From Bacteroidota bacterium (GTDB lineage Bacteria > Bacteroidota > Ignavibacteria > UBA10030 > SZUA-254): a stretch of 64,000 nt of DNA. A program made the translations under genes and the position numbers. Location of the stretch: assembly GCA_035524335.1 (NCBI GenBank), contig DATKPE010000029.1:64918-128917 (forward strand), given 5' to 3'. Numbering within the stretch: position 1 is the first letter of the stretch; each line of letters starts with the position of its first letter. Positions 21,272 to 31,112 of the stretch are shown piece by piece. Under the pieces are notes generated by a model. It was not told where the DNA came from and made no database searches. It saw only the letters and a list, made by a program, of their open reading frames with translations.

Positions 21272-22576
21272 TTACCGGGCTCTCGGTCTCCAGACATCCC
21301 ACAGCGGATTCTGGAGGCGGTAATCGCCGAAGCCGGTTGCATCGATGAACACGAATTCACGGTTCTGCTCGTAATAGCTCCAGATCTCATACGGCTTGGT
21401 ATCGACTTCGAACGGGTGCCGCTCGATGTTGCTCGGCTCGCCGAAAATGATGTAGATCATTCCCATATCGGTTTTCCAGCCGTCGAGATAATGACTGAAA
21501 TGATGATTGGCATAGGCAACACGCGCGTAGTATTCATCCATCATTTCATTGGTTTCGGATGCCGGGTTCGGATTCCGGCGTTTCCAGAAAGCCTGGAAGA
21601 GACGACGTTTTTCTTCCGTGGGAGCTTCACGCATCCTGTCGATCGTATCCTTGTCGGCAATGTACTGCAGTTGCTCGACCGCCAGATTCAGGTCGGATAT
21701 GGAACCCGGCATGCCCCGCCATCGGACGGAAAATGATTTGACCGCTGATGCCCGGCTGCCGTCACCGGTCTGGAGCACACCCCCGCGCAGGGGGTAACAG
21801 TCGACCACCGCGGCATACTCACCCGTCGTGAACGAGGTGTCGCGGATCGGAAAGATGACCGATTTCCGGGCTCCGTCGAGCCATACGTTCAGCGTATCGC
21901 GGCGGATCGGTTCTCCGACTGTGCCCCGGATGGTTCCGACGACTGCGATGCTTTCGGGGGACGCCCGGTTGTAGGCTTCGAAGAAGACAGTCACCCCCTT
22001 GCGTCCGTCTCCGATGGTCGCCGCGACATTGGGCGAAAGGACCTTTTTACCCGTGGAGGTATCCACATCGTTGACGAGCATGAGGTCGCTGATCGCGAAC
22101 GGCCCCGCCAGAAGATCGCGGTAGGAATACTTCCGTTTGACCTGGGAGGATTTTTTCGTTTCCGCATCGGTGACCTGCACATTGATTTCATATACGCCGG
22201 GCTGGAGGCTGATCGATTTCTGGCTCAGCTTCGCGACATGCGGCGAAATCGATTCATCGAAGCTCCGGGTCTCCGCCGTCTCATCCCACTCACGCTCATC
22301 GACCAGTTTCTCCGTCGAATCGTGGATATCGAGGCTGATCTGGTATTTCGCCCTGAAGACATCCCCCTGCTTCAGGAACCGGATCGATTCGTACGGCACC
22401 TCGATGTAGATATCGACCTTCTGCTCGTTACCGCGGGGGGTGAGAAATCCGAAGAGATCGACCGATATTCTGGGCACATCGGTAACCGGCCCGGCAATCA
22501 TATCGGCCTGGCGGCCGGCGCACCGGCCGCTGACGATCACTGCAAGAAATACCGGGAATAAAAGATATCTGCGCAT
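21272..22576 (-). CDS. GWxTD domain protein, secreted
   Basis: Signal peptide MRRYLLFPVFLAVIVSG. C-terminal YLDGWKTDMGMIYIIFGEP matches the GWxTD domain signature. Confidence 0.55.
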   Translation of the reverse strand: MRRYLLFPVFLAVIVSGRCAGRQADMIAGPVTDVPRISVDLFGFLTPRGNEQKVDIYIEVPYESIRFLKQGDVFRAKYQISLDIHDSTEKLVDEREWDETAETRSFDESISPHVAKLSQKSISLQPGVYEINVQVTDAETKKSSQVKRKYSYRDLLAGPFAISDLMLVNDVDTSTGKKVLSPNVAATIGDGRKGVTVFFEAYNRASPESIAVVGTIRGTVGEPIRRDTLNVWLDGARKSVIFPIRDTSFTTGEYAAVVDCYPLRGGVLQTGDGSRASAVKSFSVRWRGMPGSISDLNLAVEQLQYIADKDTIDRMREAPTEEKRRLFQAFWKRRNPNPASETNEMMDEYYARVAYANHHFSHYLDGWKTDMGMIYIIFGEPSNIERHPFEVDTKPYEIWSYYEQNREFVFIDATGFGDYRLQNPLWDVWRPRAR

Positions 22577-22592
22577 ACAACTCCTGTACGCG

Positions 22593-23924
22593 TTAACGCG
22601 ACGATGCCTGACGCTGTCCCGTCCCCCGCCCAGCGACGGCGGCAGGCCGTGCGGAAAGATCGTGCGCCGCGGCGTCCGTAATGGTACAGTCGAGCAGTGT
22701 TCCGGGAGACAGCGGCGCGCCGGCGGTCACGATCACCTCATTGTCAATTTCCGGGGCGTCGGCTTCCGTCCGTCCGGTGCCGCCGGTCGCGGTGCGTTCA
22801 TCGATCATGATCTTCATATCCGATCCGATCAGCCGTTTGTTATTTTCGAGGGCGATCGACTCCTGGAGCGCCATGATCTCCATCCGGCGCCGTTCCTTTT
22901 CCTCGGCGGGCACCGGATCCCCGAGGGGATAGGCCGACGTCCCTTCTTCCGGCGAATACTCAAACACGCCGAGCCGGTCGAAGCGCATCGCGGCGACAAA
23001 CTCCATCAGCTCCCCGAATTCCCGCTCCCCCTCCCCGGGATAACCGACAATGAGCGTTGTCCGGAGCGTGACGCCGGGAATGCGATCCCGAATCGTCTGG
23101 ATCAGTTTTCTCAGTGATGCACCGGTGATGCCGCGTTTCATCGAGGTCAGAAGGGCATCGGAACAATGCTGTACCGGCATGTCGAGATATTTGCAGATGG
23201 TGCTCTGCGAGGCAATCACGTCGAGCACCTCGGGAGGAAAACCTGCCGGGAAGGCATACATCAGGCGGATCCAGTCGATCCCCTCCACCTCGCTCAGGCG
23301 TCGCAGGAGATCTGCGAGTGTGCGCCGTCCGGTGAGATCGAGCCCATAGTAGGTGCTGTCCTGCGCGATGATGCTCAGTTCCCTGACGCCGAGCAGGGCG
23401 AGGCGTTCGGCTTCCCGCACGACCCGTTCGGCCGGCTTGCTGACATGCCGGCCGCGCATCTGCGGTATGGCGCAGAACGAGCAGGGCCGGTCGCATCCTT
23501 CGGAGATCTTCAGATAGGCAAAATGCCGGGGGGTCGAGAGCATCCGTTCTCCCACCAGCTCATGCCGGTAGGTCCCGCCGATCGCCTCGATGACCTGATC
23601 GGGCCGGTTGGCGCCGACGACGGCGTCGATGCCGGGCAGTTCCCGGCGCAGATCGTCCGCGTACCGTTCCGAAAGACATCCGATGACGATGACCCTGCCG
23701 ATCCTTCCCTCCTCCTTGAGCCTGAGGGCATGGCAGATGGTATCGATCGATTCCTGTTTTGCCGCCTCGATGAAGCCGCAGGTATTTATGACCGCCGTCT
23801 GGGCATCCTCGCCGTCAGCCGCGAAGGTGAAGTTATTCTCCGCGAGCTGGCGCATCAGTACCTCGGAGTCGACTGTGTTTTTTGAACATCCGAGAGTGAT
23901 GAGCTTGATCTGCTTCGAAGGCAT
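22593..23924 (-). CDS. rimO: radical-SAM methylthiotransferase, RimO-like (ribosomal protein S12 methylthiotransferase)
   Basis: MTTase N-terminal LITLGCSKNTVDSE, radical SAM CDRPCSFCAIP, C-terminal TRAM domain. A short N-terminus favours RimO over MiaB. Confidence 0.6.
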   Translation of the reverse strand: MPSKQIKLITLGCSKNTVDSEVLMRQLAENNFTFAADGEDAQTAVINTCGFIEAAKQESIDTICHALRLKEEGRIGRVIVIGCLSERYADDLRRELPGIDAVVGANRPDQVIEAIGGTYRHELVGERMLSTPRHFAYLKISEGCDRPCSFCAIPQMRGRHVSKPAERVVREAERLALLGVRELSIIAQDSTYYGLDLTGRRTLADLLRRLSEVEGIDWIRLMYAFPAGFPPEVLDVIASQSTICKYLDMPVQHCSDALLTSMKRGITGASLRKLIQTIRDRIPGVTLRTTLIVGYPGEGEREFGELMEFVAAMRFDRLGVFEYSPEEGTSAYPLGDPVPAEEKERRRMEIMALQESIALENNKRLIGSDMKIMIDERTATGGTGRTEADAPEIDNEVIVTAGAPLSPGTLLDCTITDAAAHDLSARPAAVAGRGTGQRQASSR

Positions 23925-23933
23925 CGGGATCCG

Positions 23934-24881
23934 TCAGGTGAAAAGAATGTAATCGAGATAAAGATACACACAGGGCGCCACTAAAAGCAAACTGTCGAAC
24001 CGGTCGAATGCCCCGCCGTGACCGGGAATCAGCGACGATGAATCCTTCACACCGGCATCGCGCTTGAGCAGAGACTCCGCCAGATCGCCAAGCTGGCCGA
24101 TGGTGCCGACGATCGCCCCGATGAGGAGGGCTCCCGAAAGCGGAAGATAGGGCAGAACAAGAGCCCGCGCGGCCGCCGCGCTGAGAAGCGCCGCGATGAA
24201 TCCGGCGATCGCACCCTCCCAGCTTTTATTCGGGCTCACCCGCGGATAAAGCTTGTGCCGTCCGGCGGCGGACCCGACATGAAATGCGGCGGTGTCGCAG
24301 ATCCAGATCGTCGCGAAGACCGAAATCACCGTGTACCCGCCCCAGCGGTAGATAGCCGCGTGCACCGCAGGATCGTGCAGAGCGGAGGCGTCGGCAAAAT
24401 ACCGCAGAACGGGGAAATCCTCCGGGAGGAACACCTCCCGTATGCCGATGAATGTCCCGAAGAACAGGGGGATGTAGAGGAGTCCGAACAGCGTCGTGCC
24501 GAGATTGAGAATGGCAGATCCACCGTTCCGGAACAGCTCGATCAGTGTCAGAACGACGACCGTGATGAGAAGGATGATGATCAGCAGCTGGGACTGCGAC
24601 GGGAACGGAATCGCCACCCCGGCGTGATCGAACAGACCGGTGAGCCAGTATCTCAGTTTAACGTGGTAGAACGAAATATTGATGAAAAACCCGGCGATCA
24701 GGCCGGGAAAGACGAGCGGACGCGCCCCCTTTGCGGCGGCGAGGCGGAAGTATTCATGCAGTGCCACCCCCGAGATGACGATGACGAACGCGGCGAACGG
24801 CAGGCCGCCCGTCATGCAGAGCCAGATAATCACCGGTATCGCCACGACGGCTGTTCCGATGCGTTGTGCCAGATTGCTCAC
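23934..24881 (-). CDS. cdsA: phosphatidate cytidylyltransferase (CDP-diglyceride synthase)
   Basis: Polytopic; C-terminal KRDAGVKDSSSLIPGHGGAFDRFDS signature. Confidence 0.8.
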   Translation of the reverse strand: MSNLAQRIGTAVVAIPVIIWLCMTGGLPFAAFVIVISGVALHEYFRLAAAKGARPLVFPGLIAGFFINISFYHVKLRYWLTGLFDHAGVAIPFPSQSQLLIIILLITVVVLTLIELFRNGGSAILNLGTTLFGLLYIPLFFGTFIGIREVFLPEDFPVLRYFADASALHDPAVHAAIYRWGGYTVISVFATIWICDTAAFHVGSAAGRHKLYPRVSPNKSWEGAIAGFIAALLSAAAARALVLPYLPLSGALLIGAIVGTIGQLGDLAESLLKRDAGVKDSSSLIPGHGGAFDRFDSLLLVAPCVYLYLDYILFT

Positions 24882-24902
24882 GGTGTTTTCCTTTGCGGTG
24901 GG

Positions 24903-25874
24903 TTAATGCTGATCAGAACCCTGTTCGTCCGGCTGTGCCGCATGAAGAGCCTTCGACAGGGAGAGAAAATAGAGCGTCGAAACAAGAAACAGAACCCCGA
25001 AAAACCAGAAAATCACAAGGAGCGGACCTGTGGGGAGATGCTCCGGCTCCTTCGCTCCGATGACCCCGTTGTCCATCCCGAGGTACACCATGATGCACGC
25101 ATACAGATTATTGTAAAAATGCGCGGCGACCGAAATCCACAGGCTTCTGCCGTAGGTGCGGAGAAATCCGAGATATACGCCGAGAACTGCAAGCGGTATG
25201 AATTCGAAGGGATTCAGATGAAATCCGGCAAAAATGATTCCCCCGAGAATGATCGCATACACCGGCCCGATCTGAAGCTCAAAACTCCTCTGGATAAGAC
25301 CCCGGAAGAAGAATTCCTCCACAAGCGCCGGCACCACGGCAATGATCAGGATGACGAGCAGGAATTCTCCGGCCGTGTGGGTGGTCACGAGCAGTTTTGT
25401 CAGCTGTTCGATCGCCTCCTTCAGCTGATCCAGAATTCCCTGCAGTTCCGGCGGAAGCTGGATCCGGTCCTGGAAGACGAGGTAGACCTGAAGCATCTGC
25501 TGGAGTGAAATGATGCCGATCAGCGGCACGAGGAGCAGGCGGAGTTCCGGCCGGCGAAGCTGGAGAAAGGCCTTCGGCTCACGCGTCGCGAGCCTCGTCA
25601 GGGCAATGGCGGGGAGCAGAACCAGGCAGACCTGGGCAAGCCCGGTGATGATCCGCAGACCTGTGACGCTCTCCGCGGACGGGGTTTGTCCGAAGAGAAA
25701 CAGGGAGATGACCCCGCCCACGATCTGGTAGGTAATGAAGACAACGGCGAGGCAGAGGGCGGCAAAAAGGATCGGAGGAATACCGTGCCGTTCAATGAAC
25801 GGCGGAACGGGATATATCGTCCCGACCGGCTCGCGCCCCTCTTCCGCCCCGTTCCCGGGCTGATCTCCGTTCAT
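24903..25874 (-). CDS. CPBP (CAAX protease/Abi) family intramembrane metalloprotease
   Basis: EEFFFRGLIQR and FAGFHL motifs. The ORF-track N-terminal 97 aa (Arg-rich) is rejected; ATG at 25874 overlaps the upstream stop (ATGA). Confidence 0.65.
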   Translation of the reverse strand: MNGDQPGNGAEEGREPVGTIYPVPPFIERHGIPPILFAALCLAVVFITYQIVGGVISLFLFGQTPSAESVTGLRIITGLAQVCLVLLPAIALTRLATREPKAFLQLRRPELRLLLVPLIGIISLQQMLQVYLVFQDRIQLPPELQGILDQLKEAIEQLTKLLVTTHTAGEFLLVILIIAVVPALVEEFFFRGLIQRSFELQIGPVYAIILGGIIFAGFHLNPFEFIPLAVLGVYLGFLRTYGRSLWISVAAHFYNNLYACIMVYLGMDNGVIGAKEPEHLPTGPLLVIFWFFGVLFLVSTLYFLSLSKALHAAQPDEQGSDQH

Positions 25875-26827
25875 GCGCGGCGCAGGCGATGACTGTTGAT
25901 CATTGCGGCCAGAAGCGGAATCATCAGCTCGTGATGTCCGGTGAACAGATAGCCGCGGCCGCCGTTTCCGGTGGGACGCTCGACAACGTTGAGCCGCGAC
26001 CGGTACTGCTGGATCATGTCGAAATTCGCGCTCGAAAAATTCCTCACCGGCGCCCCGAGGTTCCGCGCAACCGTCACGGCTTTCAGGAAAACCTCCGGAA
26101 GTATGACGGCGGATCCGAAGTTCAGCACCACCCCGCCGTTCCCGAGCCCGGCCACTTCCCTGCACAGGACTCTGAAATCGCGGAAACTCATCTCCCCCGT
26201 CGCACCACCATCCATGGATGGCTGTTGATGGATAATATCGGTTCCGATCGCCGCGTGGACGGTGACCGGCACTCTGAGCCGGTAACAGACCGCCAGGAGG
26301 CTCAGCCGCCGCCGGCGGGCCTTCTGCAGTGCCCTGCCGAGTGCTTCACCGTACCCGATCGCATCCTCCGTCTCTCCCCGGCGAAGAACTCCGTTGATAA
26401 ATTCGCCCGTTTCCCGCGCCATGCCGAACGAACCGTCCGCAATATTGGCCGCCACATCCTCTGAGGTGGTCCCCCAGAGGGCGGTTTCCACGTCATGGAT
26501 CGCCGCGGCGCTGTTCATCGCAAGTCCGGTGATCACCCCCCTCTCAAGAAGATCGATCAGCAGAGGAGCACAGCCCACCTTCACGACGTGCGCGCCGATC
26601 ATCACCAGGCACGGTTTATTTCTTTTGCGTGCACGGACAATATCGTGCACAAGATCCCGCAGTTCGCGACCGGCGAGGATGGCCGGGACGGAAGCGAGGA
26701 ATCGTTCGAATCCGCCCCCCTTCGGCTCATAGACCCTGGCGAATTCAGCGGCCCGGACCTTGTTTTTCCTCCTCCGGATCGGAATCGTTCTGATCCGCGA
26801 GAGATCTGCCTGCGGATATGGTTTCAT
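25871..26827 (-). CDS. conserved hypothetical protein, tentatively deoxyhypusine-synthase-like fold
   Basis: No recognizable catalytic motif; weak similarity to DHS blocks recalled from memory (PVTVHAAIGTDIIH ~ PVFSPALTDGSLGD). Start set to ATG 26827 rather than GTG 26857. Confidence 0.3.
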   Translation of the reverse strand: MKPYPQADLSRIRTIPIRRRKNKVRAAEFARVYEPKGGGFERFLASVPAILAGRELRDLVHDIVRARKRNKPCLVMIGAHVVKVGCAPLLIDLLERGVITGLAMNSAAAIHDVETALWGTTSEDVAANIADGSFGMARETGEFINGVLRRGETEDAIGYGEALGRALQKARRRRLSLLAVCYRLRVPVTVHAAIGTDIIHQQPSMDGGATGEMSFRDFRVLCREVAGLGNGGVVLNFGSAVILPEVFLKAVTVARNLGAPVRNFSSANFDMIQQYRSRLNVVERPTGNGGRGYLFTGHHELMIPLLAAMINSHRLRRA

Positions 26828-26831
26828 GCTC

Positions 26832-27665
26832 TTACTCCTTCGGTACGGTTGCTTCACACCGGCTTCGCAGTCCGCGATATTCTATCAATTCTGCATCGAC
26901 AGATCCGATCGGTATCTTGGTATTGACCCGGACCGGCATTTTCAGGCGGTCGTCCGTCATCCAGACGAATATTTTCCCGTCACTCTTGAACAGGCCGCCC
27001 GCTTTCACGATCGGTTCCACCACGTGACATCGGAAATTCCCCGCGTCCACTTCCACCGTCTGCCTGCCGCGGTATTTGACGTCCAGGCCATAGGTGGAAT
27101 CCTTGAAAAAATTCTGCAGATGGATCCGCTGGCCTTCCGCCATCGCCGCGTAATCGATTGTCCGGGCGTAGTAGAATGCGGACATGATATCGTTGACATA
27201 CGGCGGAATAGGGCGGCTCCCCTCTGATGTTGTCGCCGTATGGGCCACCTGATCGAACTCGGCCGTGAAATCCCTGCTGAACGACCCCTCCCGCACATGC
27301 TGTTCAAACCGCCACGGGAAGATTCCCGCGGAATCAATATATGTCAGATAATGGTCGTCGACGCGATAAAAAATATCAAAAAACGGCTTCGAACGCAAGG
27401 TAAACTCGACTTTCAGGCAGGGACGCTGCCGCCAGGTCGTATCCGATATCTTCAGAACCGCTTCCCCCGCCGTTATCACGCCATAATTAATATTGAATTT
27501 CAGATATTCCCCTGCGCCGAACGATACATTCGGTATGACCCGAAGCTCTCCCGGACCTGCCGCGGTGTTCGCGGTATCGGCCGGCACGCGCAGAGAATCT
27601 GCCGCCGGCACTGCGGTCGCCGGCTGACTGCGCAGAAGAAGCATGACAAGGAGATAAATCGTCAT
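26832..27665 (-). CDS. secreted DUF3108-like protein (tentative)
   Basis: Signal peptide MTIYLLVMLLLRSQPATA; about 250-aa beta-rich protein. Family assignment from memory only. Confidence 0.4.
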   Translation of the reverse strand: MTIYLLVMLLLRSQPATAVPAADSLRVPADTANTAAGPGELRVIPNVSFGAGEYLKFNINYGVITAGEAVLKISDTTWRQRPCLKVEFTLRSKPFFDIFYRVDDHYLTYIDSAGIFPWRFEQHVREGSFSRDFTAEFDQVAHTATTSEGSRPIPPYVNDIMSAFYYARTIDYAAMAEGQRIHLQNFFKDSTYGLDVKYRGRQTVEVDAGNFRCHVVEPIVKAGGLFKSDGKIFVWMTDDRLKMPVRVNTKIPIGSVDAELIEYRGLRSRCEATVPKE

Positions 27666-28720
27666 ACCGTCTCCGCCTCAAGCTGACGAAGCGCCACCCG
27701 GTAAACATCGTCGACGGATATCGTCATCATGCATTCACACGCTGCCCGCCCGCCTCTGCACAGGCGGCAATCTGCCGGCTTGCCGACCGGCGTCAATACA
27801 GTTTTTTTTGCCGTGTAGGGTCCCCATCTGGCGGGACTGAGCGCCGTGATCTGCGGATAGAGCCCGATGACCGGAGTGCCGACCGCGGCGGCAAGATGGA
27901 GCGGCCCGGTGGAATTTGCGATAAACAGACGGGCCGTCTGCGCCAGAGCGCCGAACTCCAGAAGCGTCAACCCGCTCTTCATCCTGAAGACCCCCCCGCT
28001 CGCGATCCGTACGACCTCCTCCACCAGCGCTTCCTCGCCCGGACCGCCGGTGATCAGCACCCTGCGGCTCCGGTCTCCGGCAAGAAGTTCCGCCAGCCGT
28101 CCGAACCGTTCCGGGGGCCAGTCCCGGGCCGAGCCGCCGCTTCCCGGATGCAGGATGACAAGCTCATCACCCGCGGCGATGCCGATTTCCGCCAGAAGAG
28201 TCCGTACCCGGTCCCGACAGCGTTTTTCGGGGAGAAGCGCCGGCGTGGTATCGATGCCGTCGGAGGAAAAACCGATGGCGGAAAGAAGGTTAAGATTGTA
28301 CTCGAGCTCATGCCGCTCGGCGGTTTTCCGGTGTTCGTAGACCCTGCGGTTGAAAAGAAATGAGTACCAGCGGTATCCGGTGCCGACCCGAAGCGGGATG
28401 CCGGCAAGCAGAACCGCGAGCGCCAGCCGGAATCTGGGGTGTGTGTGCACGGCCGCGTCAAACCGGCCCCCCCGGAGCCTCCGGATAAGCGCCGTGATCG
28501 GAACAGGGGCCCCGCCGCTGTCTTCATGAATAATCTCGGTGACGGCATTGTCCGCCTCCACCAGCTCCGATGTGTACCCGCGTACCAGCATCCCCACAAT
28601 GGCGTCAGGATCGTGTTTTTTTACCACTTTCGCCATCGGAAGAGTGAGAATTACATCGCCGATCCGGTCGGTTCTGATAATGAGGATGCGTTTCGGCCGC
28701 ACAGTTGACTTCGACGCCAT
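27662..28720 (-). CDS. glycosyltransferase family 9 (LPS heptosyltransferase-like)
   Basis: N-terminal RILIIRTDRIGDVILTLPM and overall GT9 similarity. Start set to ATG 28720 (MASKSTVRPKRILII). Confidence 0.7.
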   Translation of the reverse strand: MASKSTVRPKRILIIRTDRIGDVILTLPMAKVVKKHDPDAIVGMLVRGYTSELVEADNAVTEIIHEDSGGAPVPITALIRRLRGGRFDAAVHTHPRFRLALAVLLAGIPLRVGTGYRWYSFLFNRRVYEHRKTAERHELEYNLNLLSAIGFSSDGIDTTPALLPEKRCRDRVRTLLAEIGIAAGDELVILHPGSGGSARDWPPERFGRLAELLAGDRSRRVLITGGPGEEALVEEVVRIASGGVFRMKSGLTLLEFGALAQTARLFIANSTGPLHLAAAVGTPVIGLYPQITALSPARWGPYTAKKTVLTPVGKPADCRLCRGGRAACECMMTISVDDVYRVALRQLEAETV

Positions 28721-29062
28721 GGTTTTCAATATACGTTGAATGCCGCTGATATACAACGATATAGCGATTCCGTCCGTTCCCGGTGAAGGCAGGGCCGGAT
28801 TTGATGACATGCGGAATTCTCGATGGAAGTGATTTCACCGGACTTCGGACAATGTTCGAAGGAGGATCCGTGCGATCCCACGTTCAGGATACGCGGGGAG
28901 CGACAAAATTAACGGAAACGGACGGACAATCCCTTTATTCCCGGGTGGATTGCCGGTTTTCGGAATAAATAGTGATAGAAATCACATCCATATTGAACAA
29001 CGATGGGGGATATTGTATCATGGAAGTGGGGATTACCTCATAACGCACTGGGTAACACTTCC

Positions 29063-29096
29063 TCGTCCCTAAGGGCAACTTCTCCCAAGTTGCCCT
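29063..29096 (+). terminator. rho-independent terminator, plus-strand orientation (GGGCAACTT-ctccc-AAGTTGCCC + TTCTTATTTTT)
   Basis: Perfect 9-bp GC-rich stem, 5-nt loop, 11-nt T-rich tract on the plus strand. In minus orientation the stem is followed by TTAGGGACG, not a U-tract. Confidence 0.5.
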
Positions 29097-29105
29097 TCTT
29101 ATTTT

Positions 29106-31010
29106 TCAGCTGTTTTTAATATCGTGAAGTCTGCGGAGGAAGTCCTGATGACGGGCGAGGTACGGGCCCGCATCCTCGCCCCGCGCGGTCGCAGTTTTCA
29201 GATCGTTCTGGTTTTCCTCGATCATTCGTTCGAGAAAACGCTTCCGCATCGCGAGGATGGCGTCGTGCGCGATCTGGCGGGAATCGCCGGTCCCGACATC
29301 CACCCCCCGTTCCTCCCACGTTTTGCTCAGGGCGTACTTTTCAAAAACGATATCGGCGACGAACCGCCGCAGATCGGGATCGTCGGCGGAGGAAACGATC
29401 CGCGCCGGATCGACGGGCGTGCCGGCTTCGGCCGACTCCATGAGAAGCTCCGCCAGACGCCGGCCCTCCGGATGGACGAAATCGTCGAGTGTGATCTGGC
29501 TGAAAACCCACTGGACGATCTCCGTTCCCCCGTCCAGCATCGCGTGGAGGAGATCGCGTTCGCCCGGCTGAAGCTCGGCGGCGGCATGGCCCGGCCCTGC
29601 GGCTGGATTCTCCGCGCGCTTCGGCGCCGGACGTTCTTCCCTCCCCGCAGACTTCCGTTCCTCACCCAGTTCCTTCTCGAGCGCACGGTGGAGCGTTGAT
29701 TCATAGAGCCGGTATTTCTGGGCGACCTGCTTGATGTAGAAATCGCGCTTGAGCTCGTCGGTGATCCGGGCGATCGACCTGACGATGCTCCGCACGGTCT
29801 TCGCCTGTCCTTCGGGCGTCGCAAACAGTCCCGCTTCCTCGGCCGTGAGCGCAATGAAATCGACGAACGAAACGGCATTCTCCAGAAGCGATCTGAAACC
29901 CGCCGCGCCCGCAGTCCGGACAAACGTGTCAGGATCCTCCCCGTGCGGCAGTCTTGCCACCCGCACGTCGAGGCCGTTTTCGTGCAGGAGATCGACCCCC
30001 CGGAGCGACGCCTGCGACCCGGCGGAATCGGCGTCATAGACAAGTGTGATCGTTTTTGTATACCTGCCGAGAAGCTGGATCTGATCCTTCGTCAGCGCGG
30101 TGCCGCTCGATGCGACGATATTATGAAAACCGGCCTGAAAGACGCTGATAAGATCGGCGTAGCCTTCGACCAGAATTGCGCCGTCGAGTTCCCGGATGCT
30201 CTCCTTCGCCTGGTTGAGCCCGTACAGAATCCGGCTCTTGTCGTACACGAGCGTCTCGGGAGAATTGATATATTTCCCCTGGATCGGGTCGTCCTCGTAC
30301 AACTTCCGGGCGCCGAACCCGACGACTCTCCCGGTCGGGGTAAAGACGGGGAACATGGCTCTCCCGCGGAAGTAATCGTACCAGGTGCCGTCGGGACGGC
30401 GGCGGGCCAGACCGGTTTTTTCGAGATCCTCCGGCCGGATTTTCTTCTCCCCCGAAAAGGTCACGAACGCATTCCACCCTCTGGGCGCATAGCCCAGCCC
30501 GAACATGCGGATCGTCTCATCGGAAAATCCCCGCCGGTGAAAATAGTCGAGGGCGAACTTTCCTTCCGCGGTGCCGGTGAGGGCCTGATAATAATAAAGG
30601 CCCGCCTCGCGGAGAATCTGGAAGTACTGTTCCTGCAGGCTTGCCGTCTGTTGATCGTCGGCGGAGGGGGCGGGAAGTGCGATGCCGGCTTTCTCCGCGA
30701 GGGTGCGGAGGGCTTCGGGGAACGAGACTTTTTCGAACTCCATCAGGAAGGTGAACACGTTGCCGCCGACGCCACAGCCGAAGCAGTGATACATCTGACG
30801 ATCGGCGGAGACGGTGAAGGAGGGTGTTTTTTCGGTATGGAACGGGCAGAGGCCGAGGTAACTTTTACCCCGTTTCTTCAGCCGGACGACGCTGCCGATG
30901 ATTTCGATGATATCGGTGGCGTTGCGGATTTCATCTATTTTTTCGGGCGGAACGCGCACAGATTGCGGTGAATTCGGGAAGTGTTGCTGGATGAACGGCC
31001 AGAATGTCAT
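29106..31010 (-). CDS. dnaG: DNA primase
   Basis: Zinc-ribbon CPFHTEKTPSFTVSADRQMYHCFGCGVGG; TOPRIM region EGYADLISV...DADSAG. Confidence 0.85.
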   Translation of the reverse strand: MTFWPFIQQHFPNSPQSVRVPPEKIDEIRNATDIIEIIGSVVRLKKRGKSYLGLCPFHTEKTPSFTVSADRQMYHCFGCGVGGNVFTFLMEFEKVSFPEALRTLAEKAGIALPAPSADDQQTASLQEQYFQILREAGLYYYQALTGTAEGKFALDYFHRRGFSDETIRMFGLGYAPRGWNAFVTFSGEKKIRPEDLEKTGLARRRPDGTWYDYFRGRAMFPVFTPTGRVVGFGARKLYEDDPIQGKYINSPETLVYDKSRILYGLNQAKESIRELDGAILVEGYADLISVFQAGFHNIVASSGTALTKDQIQLLGRYTKTITLVYDADSAGSQASLRGVDLLHENGLDVRVARLPHGEDPDTFVRTAGAAGFRSLLENAVSFVDFIALTAEEAGLFATPEGQAKTVRSIVRSIARITDELKRDFYIKQVAQKYRLYESTLHRALEKELGEERKSAGREERPAPKRAENPAAGPGHAAAELQPGERDLLHAMLDGGTEIVQWVFSQITLDDFVHPEGRRLAELLMESAEAGTPVDPARIVSSADDPDLRRFVADIVFEKYALSKTWEERGVDVGTGDSRQIAHDAILAMRKRFLERMIEENQNDLKTATARGEDAGPYLARHQDFLRRLHDIKNS

Positions 31011-31112
31011 CCAAGGTAAGAAAATCGGCCGCCTATAGCAAGAAGGGCCGGGGGAAGAACGACGACGGCCGGTTGTTCGCCGGCCGCCGATCGGTAAAGA
31101 TGTTTCTCGCGC

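Noticed and set aside
28783-28968. 61-aa plus-strand ORF (GTG start) in the dnaG/GT9 spacer
   Set aside because: No RBS, and A/T-rich third codon positions unlike genome-typical coding sequence. More likely part of a non-coding transcript (see finding).
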